From: Acetobacter sp.
GTDB lineage: Bacteria; Pseudomonadota; Alphaproteobacteria; Acetobacterales; Acetobacteraceae
Length of the DNA: 64,000 nt
Reading direction: 5' to 3'
Assembly (NCBI GenBank): GCA_047719095.1
Contig: JBDNSL010000002.1
Coordinates: 10,909-74,908 of the forward strand
Below the pieces are notes generated by a model. That model searched no databases, was not told the DNA's origin, and worked only from the letters and a program-made list of their open reading frames with translations. How positions within the stretch are numbered: position 1 is the first letter of the stretch; each line of letters opens with the position of its first letter. Both the position numbers and the translations under genes were made by a program. Shown piece after piece: positions 58,107 to 64,000 of the stretch.

Positions 58107-59309
58107 ATGCTGACTGATGCCGCTGCTCGTAAAGCAAAACCACAGGAAAAGCCTTACAAACTGGCCGACTCTGAAGGGCTGTATTTGTTGGTCCAGCCTA
58201 ATGGTAGCCGACTGTGGAGAATGAAGTATCGCATTGGAGGGAAAGAGAAGCTTCTCTCCTTTGGGAAATACCCCGAGGTTTCTCTGGCTGGAGCCAGAAA
58301 AGCTCGGGATGATGCAAAAGCAGAAATCCGCTTATCCAGAGACCCTTCCCTCACGCGTAAGCAACGTCGCGCGGAAGCCGCGTGCGCTCAGAACCATTTA
58401 CAATCTGTAGGTGAAAGCTGGTTGAACATGAACCGCTCCAACTGGAGTGCCGTTCATCTTGAGCAAGTTCAGAGAAGCCTAGAAAGGTTCATCTGGCCAT
58501 CTTTAGGCAATATTCCGATTACAGAGATCACGCCGCCAATGGTTTTGGCAGTCATTGAAGGTATTGAGCGCAGCAATGCCAAAGAAACAGCGCGGCGCGT
58601 AAGGCAGAGGTTATCTGCTATTTTTACATACGGTATTGCCCGCGGCCTTGGCGATGCAGATCCAGCAGCCGTAATTAAGGGAGCACTGGCGCCTTTGAAA
58701 AAGGGGCGCATGCCGGCAATCACTAACTTAGCCGAATTACAAGAGATGTTGCGAATAGCAGAAAGTCTTCCCGCTCATCCGGTGACAGTGCTTGCTCTGC
58801 GGTTTCTGGCACTTACGGCTGTCCGCCCGGGAGAAGTCCATGCAATGCCTTGGGCGGAGTTGGAAGGCGATACCTGGACGATCCCGGCAGACAGAATGAA
58901 AATGCGTCGTCCGCATGTTGTGCCGCTCTCTCGTCAGGCCTTGGAGGTATTAGAGGCAGTGAGGACCCTGAGTGGCCGAGGCCCCATGGTTTTCCCCAAT
59001 GCGCGGTGGGCTCATAGGGCCATGTCAGAAAATGCTTTGGGCTATTTTCTGAACAGAGCGGGCTATGCAGGAAGGCACGTGCCGCATGGTTTCCGGTCTT
59101 CCTTTTCATCGATCATGAATGAACGGCACCCAGAAGATCGTGCCGTTATTGACCAAATGCTTGCGCATACAACGCGGAACCAAGTCGAGGCAGCATACAA
59201 CCGGGCTGAACATAGAGAGAGAAAACGGGAGTTGGCTCAGGAATGGGCGGACATTTTATTCGATAATTTTCCCGACCCGATAGAACTTCTGGGTAAAAGT
59301 AGACGGTAA
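58107..59309 (+). CDS. P4-like tyrosine integrase with N-terminal arm-binding domain
   Basis: MLTD..KPYKLAD..GLYL..G.YPEVSLA N-terminus; catalytic R (TAVRPGE), K (MK), HGFR, LAH, AAYNR all present. Confidence 0.95.
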   Translation: MLTDAAARKAKPQEKPYKLADSEGLYLLVQPNGSRLWRMKYRIGGKEKLLSFGKYPEVSLAGARKARDDAKAEIRLSRDPSLTRKQRRAEAACAQNHLQSVGESWLNMNRSNWSAVHLEQVQRSLERFIWPSLGNIPITEITPPMVLAVIEGIERSNAKETARRVRQRLSAIFTYGIARGLGDADPAAVIKGALAPLKKGRMPAITNLAELQEMLRIAESLPAHPVTVLALRFLALTAVRPGEVHAMPWAELEGDTWTIPADRMKMRRPHVVPLSRQALEVLEAVRTLSGRGPMVFPNARWAHRAMSENALGYFLNRAGYAGRHVPHGFRSSFSSIMNERHPEDRAVIDQMLAHTTRNQVEAAYNRAEHRERKRELAQEWADILFDNFPDPIELLGKSRR

Positions 59310-59317
59310 GTCTGCAT

Positions 59318-60133
59318 TTAATTCGTGATAATTACCTCGCCACGTCGCCCCCTGCCCTTTTCACTTCGACTGATCGAATAGTTCACCTCTACCGCCTCTA
59401 CGTGAAACGCAGAGAATATGTCCCGTACTTCTGGCCTGTCGTTCAATGACAGGACAAAACGCCCCCTGATCTGGGCCAGTTGCTCCGCCATCGCCACGAA
59501 CTCGGAGCGAGCAAACGGCGCATTGTAGTCCTTTTCGTTCCCATAGTAGGGCGGGTCCAGATAGAAAAGCGTGTCCGGGCGGTCATACCGGGCAATTACG
59601 TCTGTATAAGGCAAGCACTCGACCACCACCCGGCTTAACCTCTGGTGGGCCTCGTCCAGTATCTGCCCCAACTTATGCACATCAAAGCGAGCTGGATTGA
59701 TAGCCACCCCGAATGCCCCATTGACTTTCCCGCCAAACGCTAAGCGCTGAAGGTAAAGAAAGCGGGCCGCCTTGTGCAGGTCCGTCAGCATGATGGGGTC
59801 GCTCTTACGCAAACGTTCAAAGTCTTCCCTGCTGGTGACCTGCCACCTCAACACATCCATCAGCGGTACGTAATGCCACTTCAACACCCGGAACAGATTG
59901 GCCACATCTCCATTCAGGTCATTGATCACCTCGCAGGGCGACACAAAATTCCGGCGGAAAAATACACCACCCATCCCTACAAATGGCTCGACATAAGCCC
60001 GGTGCGGTATGCTCCTGAGCAATGGAACAATCTTTTTGGCCAGCAGCTTTTTGCCGCCCAGGTATGGGGCTACGGGCGAGACAGGCGTGCAATCTCTCAG
60101 ATCGCTCTCATTCCCACAGAAATTCTCATCCAT
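59318..60133 (-). CDS. Orphan D12-class (Dam-like) N6-adenine DNA methyltransferase
   Basis: PYLGGK, YVEPFVGMGG, VIND, FYLDPPY; start MDENF chosen (uncertain). Confidence 0.92.
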   Translation of the reverse strand: MDENFCGNESDLRDCTPVSPVAPYLGGKKLLAKKIVPLLRSIPHRAYVEPFVGMGGVFFRRNFVSPCEVINDLNGDVANLFRVLKWHYVPLMDVLRWQVTSREDFERLRKSDPIMLTDLHKAARFLYLQRLAFGGKVNGAFGVAINPARFDVHKLGQILDEAHQRLSRVVVECLPYTDVIARYDRPDTLFYLDPPYYGNEKDYNAPFARSEFVAMAEQLAQIRGRFVLSLNDRPEVRDIFSAFHVEAVEVNYSISRSEKGRGRRGEVIITN

Positions 60134-60174
60134 ACCTTTTGCCCTCCAATAATCTTGACTCTCATGCCTTATAT

Positions 60175-60189
60175 GTTCTCTATACGTTC
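60175..60189 (+). promoter_or_regulatory. Alphaproteobacterial LexA (SOS) box
   Basis: GTTC-TCTATAC-GTTC matches GTTC-N7-GTTC; ends 18 nt before the umuD-like ATG; TTGACT at 60155-60160. Confidence 0.85.
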
Positions 60190-60207
60190 TCAATGGAGGG
60201 TACAAGC

Positions 60208-60591
60208 ATGAGCGCACGCTATGCGGGAGATCGTACGACCGGTTTTGCCAGCCCGGCAGCAGATGCTGTTGAAGGGCCGATAGACCTTTCCCAGATTCTG
60301 GACCTCAAAAACCCCAGCCGCTACCCGGTGCGCGTGCGTGGCGCGACCTTTGCAGGGCGCGGTATTCTGGATGGGGATATTCTGATAGCCGATACCGCGG
60401 GCTCTCCGCAGGCAGGCCAACTGGTCATTGCCTGGGCAGCCGGGCGCGTGCTGCTGGCGGAGTTGCAGAAGCGCGACAAGACATGGTGGCTGCTATCGGG
60501 TGATGACACGCATCCACCACTTCAGGTTGATCCTGCGCGTGATGTGGAGATCTGGGCCAACGTCACCAGTGTGGTGCGCGAGAAAGCCTGA
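60208..60591 (+). CDS. UmuD-like (S24 fold) protein with degenerate protease site
   Basis: GGAGG RBS; GFASPAAD..IDL, GILDGDILI, IWANVT; stop overlaps umuC-like start (TGATG). Confidence 0.85.
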   Translation: MSARYAGDRTTGFASPAADAVEGPIDLSQILDLKNPSRYPVRVRGATFAGRGILDGDILIADTAGSPQAGQLVIAWAAGRVLLAELQKRDKTWWLLSGDDTHPPLQVDPARDVEIWANVTSVVREKA

Positions 60592-61853
60592 TGCTGTACG
60601 GGTTGATCGACTGCAACAGCTTCTACTGCTCCTGCCAGCGCTCCTTTGACCCGGAGCTGAAGCACAGGCCGGTTGTCGTACTGTCCAACAACGATGGGTG
60701 CGCTATAGCCCGCACAGCGGAAGCCAAACAGCTTGGCATCAAAATGGGTGAGCCGTGGCATCTGGTCCGCCATGAACGAAAGCTCTCGGACGTGCGCTGG
60801 TTCTCCAGCAACTATCCGCTCTATGCCGATATGAGCCGCCGCGTCTATCAGGTTCTGCTGGATTACAGCCCAAGGGTTGAACCGTATTCCATTGATGAGA
60901 TGTTCCTTGATCTTTCCGGCTTTGCCTCGGAGCTACATGCCCATTGCGGGGCCATGCGCCAGGCCGTTCAGAAGATCACCAAGGTGCCAACCTGCGTTGG
61001 CTGGGGGCCAACCAAAACCATAGCAAAACTGGCCAACGGGCTGGCCAAGGACAGGCCGGAGCTGGAGGGGCTGTGCGACCTGACTGATCTACAGACGCGC
61101 CAGAAATTTTACCGCAACGTGTCTGTGGGGGAAGTCTGGGGCATTGGCCGCCGCCTTCTTCCCAAACTGCACGATGCCGGAATGCGCACCATAGAGCAGT
61201 TTGTGGAGGCAAAGCCTGCGCATATCCGCAAGATCATGGCCATAACCGGCATAAGGCTGCAGGCGGAATTACAGGGGGAAAGCTGCATCCAGATATCGGA
61301 AATGGCAGAGGCCCGCAAAGGCATGGCCTGTACCCGCTCCTTTGGCCGCCCCATTACCACCTATAAGGAAATGCATGAGGCTATAACCGGATTCGCAGCC
61401 AAGGCCGCCGAAAAACTGAGAGCAGAGGATCAGGATGCCGCCCATATCGCTGTGTTCATTCAGACCAATCGACACAAGCGGGATGAGGGCTGGTACGCCA
61501 ACCAATTCAGCATCAGTTGCGAACCGACCAATGACACTTTTACCATCTGCCAGCACGCCTCCCGCCTGCTGAAACGGATATGGCTCAATGGGTACCGCTA
61601 CGCCAAGGCGGGCGTCATGCTGAATGATCTGGCACCACATGGGCAGCAGAGCACTCTGTTCAGCACAGCCAGTACGCAACCTGAGAGGGATAGCCTTCTC
61701 GCTGCCATGGACGGGATCAACCAGAAGTTTGGCAGCGGTACACTTTTCCCGCTTTCGGCAGGAATCAAGCGAGACTGGAAGCCCCGGCAGGCTATGCTCT
61801 CAGCCCGCTACACCACACGGCTGGATGAGATTATGGAAGCTCAGGCATGGTAA
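60591..61853 (+). CDS. umuC: Y-family DNA polymerase V catalytic subunit UmuC-like
   Basis: DCNSFY, VLSNNDGC, SSNYPLY, YSIDE, VWGIG, RSFG, YAKAGV, QSTLF clamp-like motif, LSARYTT. Confidence 0.94.
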   Translation: MLYGLIDCNSFYCSCQRSFDPELKHRPVVVLSNNDGCAIARTAEAKQLGIKMGEPWHLVRHERKLSDVRWFSSNYPLYADMSRRVYQVLLDYSPRVEPYSIDEMFLDLSGFASELHAHCGAMRQAVQKITKVPTCVGWGPTKTIAKLANGLAKDRPELEGLCDLTDLQTRQKFYRNVSVGEVWGIGRRLLPKLHDAGMRTIEQFVEAKPAHIRKIMAITGIRLQAELQGESCIQISEMAEARKGMACTRSFGRPITTYKEMHEAITGFAAKAAEKLRAEDQDAAHIAVFIQTNRHKRDEGWYANQFSISCEPTNDTFTICQHASRLLKRIWLNGYRYAKAGVMLNDLAPHGQQSTLFSTASTQPERDSLLAAMDGINQKFGSGTLFPLSAGIKRDWKPRQAMLSARYTTRLDEIMEAQAW

Positions 61854-61913
61854 TGTCTGCTTTCGCCTCATGGCGGACATAAACCTCCCATTCGCCTTCA
61901 CTCCGAAGCGGAC
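61853..61913. repeat. Two tandem imperfect palindromes of the GTCYGC..GCGGAC type
   Basis: ATGTCTGC-N12-GCGGACAT (61853-61880) and TTCGCCTT-CACTCCG-AAGCGGAC (61891-61913). Confidence 0.6.
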
Positions 61914-61967
61914 TGCCGCCGTATGTGCAGGCGTTCGGCAATCCGTTGCCAGATGAAGGCTTTTGCG

Positions 61968-63215
61968 TCAGATACCGAGAGGCCATGCCCAGTTGAAATA
62001 ACGATTGTAGACGTCAGCTAAATCCGTTGGCGCGGCGTGCGATGTGATGGCTCTCGAATACGAATAATCTACAGTCGAAATCGAGGCGGAGAAGCTCTGC
62101 TTTATGTATGGATCGAAGGGCTCGAAGCCGTGCGACACCGCACGATAGTCAGTGTTGATGGTCTTCAGCCAGCTGACGCAGACCGCCTGCGCACCAGCGG
62201 CCTTCAGATAAGCTCGGGCGGCTTCGAAGCTGTTACCCTCGGTGCAAATGTCATCGACGACAAGGACACGCTTGCCGTTGCGCGTGGGCGGCGTCTTGTA
62301 AGGTCTTCCGCTGACTCCGCGAACCGGCGTCGGATTGAGCCTGATTGTATTGAGCTGATTGTCGAGGCCTACACTTTTGCCCGAAATGCGTGCTGTTTGC
62401 GATTTTACCGCCTTGGCATGACGCAGGATCAGATCGGGCAGATAGCTTTTGCGGAGCGACTGGCCGAGAATGTTGAGAGCATTACTGATCACGGTTTCGT
62501 TTGAGGTCGGCGAGTGGCCAGGATACGCGGTTATATAGTCGATTTCATCGACAAGGCCTGAGAAGTAAATTCGCGCAGCAAGTAAGCGCCCCCAGAAATT
62601 GGCATCACCCATGCCATGTTTGGAGGTGGCTCTGGCACTTTCGGAATAGGCGTGAGCCTGCGCATATTTGGGTGATAGGGTCGTAAATGGCGCGAGCGCA
62701 TAGACCCTGAGATCCGCCTGCTCGAGGGTCCAGAACCAACTGTTGAGGCCGAGGCAGAGACAATCGACGAAACGCGCCACATCGAGCGGGGAAGCGAACT
62801 GAAAACCATAGGGGGTTGCGGCGCTGTGCCACATGACGTTCACGAAGAGGAGGCTGCCATTGGTGGCGGTCCTCATATCGTCGGTGGTATTGCCGACATA
62901 TAGCACCTCGCGGCGCTGCCAGCCCTTCTCCGACAGGATATGCGCGGTGGAATCGGCACGCGGCTTGTAGGGCATTCCGTTCTGCCCACCGATATAATAG
63001 CTGACGGAGCCAAGCTTTTCTTCGAGCAAGGTTCGGAAAGGCTTCGACGTGTCTGGGCCAGTGACCGTCCAGTCATGGTTGCTGATAAATACCGGCTCGA
63101 CACCGCGCATCTTGAGATAGCGCAACAGCCGCAGCGTTTCCTCAAGAAGTGGTACGTTGATCGTGCCCTTCATCACAAGTACATCGTGCAGCGAAAAGAT
63201 CACCCCTTTGAGCAC
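61968..63215 (-). CDS. HAD-like domain fused to phosphoribosyltransferase domain (ShosT-like toxin candidate), 415 aa
   Basis: GTG start 2 nt after upstream stop; KGVIFSLHDVL, FISN, YKP, LYVGNTTDDM HAD-like motifs; VLVVDDICTEGNS PRPP-binding loop. Confidence 0.82.
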   Translation of the reverse strand: MLKGVIFSLHDVLVMKGTINVPLLEETLRLLRYLKMRGVEPVFISNHDWTVTGPDTSKPFRTLLEEKLGSVSYYIGGQNGMPYKPRADSTAHILSEKGWQRREVLYVGNTTDDMRTATNGSLLFVNVMWHSAATPYGFQFASPLDVARFVDCLCLGLNSWFWTLEQADLRVYALAPFTTLSPKYAQAHAYSESARATSKHGMGDANFWGRLLAARIYFSGLVDEIDYITAYPGHSPTSNETVISNALNILGQSLRKSYLPDLILRHAKAVKSQTARISGKSVGLDNQLNTIRLNPTPVRGVSGRPYKTPPTRNGKRVLVVDDICTEGNSFEAARAYLKAAGAQAVCVSWLKTINTDYRAVSHGFEPFDPYIKQSFSASISTVDYSYSRAITSHAAPTDLADVYNRYFNWAWPLGI

Positions 63216-63217
63216 GG

Positions 63218-64000
63218 TTAGCTGTTCCCGAATAGTGAAAGTTGGCCCGATTGGGCGATTGAAAGTTTGCCGATCGCCGCGCGGACAAAGGCATCGAACC
63301 GAGCCTGATCGCGCGGGACGGTAAAGATTTCGCCGCTCGGGAGCCCCAAGCCGCGCTCCAGCACCACGCGGTCCTCGGGCCACTCGGGCAGGCGCAGGCA
63401 GGCAATCGGCCGGCCTAGGTTGGTGGCGAAGCGGACGGTATGAGCGGTGCCGCTGCGACGGCTCCATTCGGCGGGGATCAGAATGCGGCCGAGTGCGGCC
63501 TGGAGCCTGTTGCGCTGAACGAAATTTTCGGCGCTGTAGGATGTGGTCGGGAGATACTCGCTGACAATTGTGCCGCCCGTTCTTAGAATATGGTCGCGCA
63601 GTCGGCCCGATCCCTTGGGATAGTCCTCGAGCATGCCGGTGCCGAGCACCGCGATGGTCGGGACGCCGGCGCGCAGTGAATGTTCGTGCGCCAGTTGGTC
63701 GATACCGGCGGCAAGGCCACTGACGGTGGGCACACCCCATTCTCCGAGGCAAGCACCGACATAGCGCGAGAGAAATAGTCCGTCGCTGCTTGGTTTGCGG
63801 GTACCCACAATCGCGATTGACGGTTCGGCAAGGCGCTCAACGCTGCCTTGGAAGAACAGCCAATGCGGTGGGCGCTCAAGGTCGAGCAAAGCGGGCGGAA
63901 AGCCGGGCGAGTTACGAAACAGCAGCCCGATGCCGAGCGCCTCGAGATGCTCGGCTAGGCGCTCGCCCTGTTCGCGGGCATGCCCGCGAACTCGCAACCA
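63218..64000 (-). CDS. DprA/Smf-like protein (ShosA-like antitoxin candidate), 5'-truncated by window edge
   Basis: IAIVGTR, VSGLAAGID..AH, TIAVLGTG, IVSEY, FVQRNRL, SGT..T motifs; frame open to base 64000. Confidence 0.9.
   Translation of the reverse strand, partial: WLRVRGHAREQGERLAEHLEALGIGLLFRNSPGFPPALLDLERPPHWLFFQGSVERLAEPSIAIVGTRKPSSDGLFLSRYVGACLGEWGVPTVSGLAAGIDQLAHEHSLRAGVPTIAVLGTGMLEDYPKGSGRLRDHILRTGGTIVSEYLPTTSYSAENFVQRNRLQAALGRILIPAEWSRRSGTAHTVRFATNLGRPIACLRLPEWPEDRVVLERGLGLPSGEIFTVPRDQARFDAFVRAAIGKLSIAQSGQLSLFGNS

Larger units (their letters stand above)
57941..64000. mobile_element. Integrated element (genomic island, phage satellite or prophage remnant) at tRNA-Cys; right end outside window
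   Basis: Integrase directly downstream of tRNA 3' end, then accessory genes (MTase, umuDC-like, defence-like pair); core gene order stops here. Confidence 0.85.

Noticed and set aside
60022-60207. N-terminal extension making the UmuD-like ORF 189 aa
   Set aside because: Overlaps the MTase gene and the LexA box; a strong GGAGG RBS supports the ATG at 60208
63216-63752. 179-codon N-terminal extension of the HAD-PRTase ORF (594 aa in the track)
   Set aside because: It is an alternate frame of the DprA-like gene with Arg/Pro-rich nonsense composition; the HAD-like fold begins at GTG 63215

Overview
Bacterial chromosome segment, most likely an acetic acid bacterium (Acetobacteraceae, Acetobacter-like; inferred from gene order and protein style, not from a database search). 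Positions 1-57.8 kb are core alphaproteobacterial housekeeping DNA: hisN-serA-comM, sseA-metC, cls, purB-purC-purS-purQ-purL-bolA-grxD, slt-pgpA-cinA, pdhABC-lpdA-lipA-ratA, ppiD-trpEGDC-moaC, tpiA-secG-pyrG-kdsA, rpsT-dnaA-dnaN-recF-gyrB, mutM/ubiE-coaBC-dut, an ABC pair, msrA and pcm-tolC-popZ-valS. At tRNA-Cys(GCA) (57867-57940) an integrated element begins and runs off the window. It carries a P4-like tyrosine integrase, an orphan Dam-like methyltransferase, a umuDC-like pair preceded by a LexA box, and a convergent pair of a DprA-like protein and a HAD-PRTase fusion that resembles the ShosTA / DprA-PRTase anti-phage toxin-antitoxin systems. The most unusual signals all lie in this element: the UmuD-like protein lacks the Ser-Lys protease dyad and has a shortened N-terminal arm, the HAD domain has degenerate catalytic motifs, the DprA-like protein ends in a QLSLF beta-clamp motif, and tandem palindromes sit exactly at the junction between the SOS module and the defence cargo. 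All calls are by-eye motif recognition; several start codons were adjusted from the ORF track using ribosome-binding sites and family N-termini.
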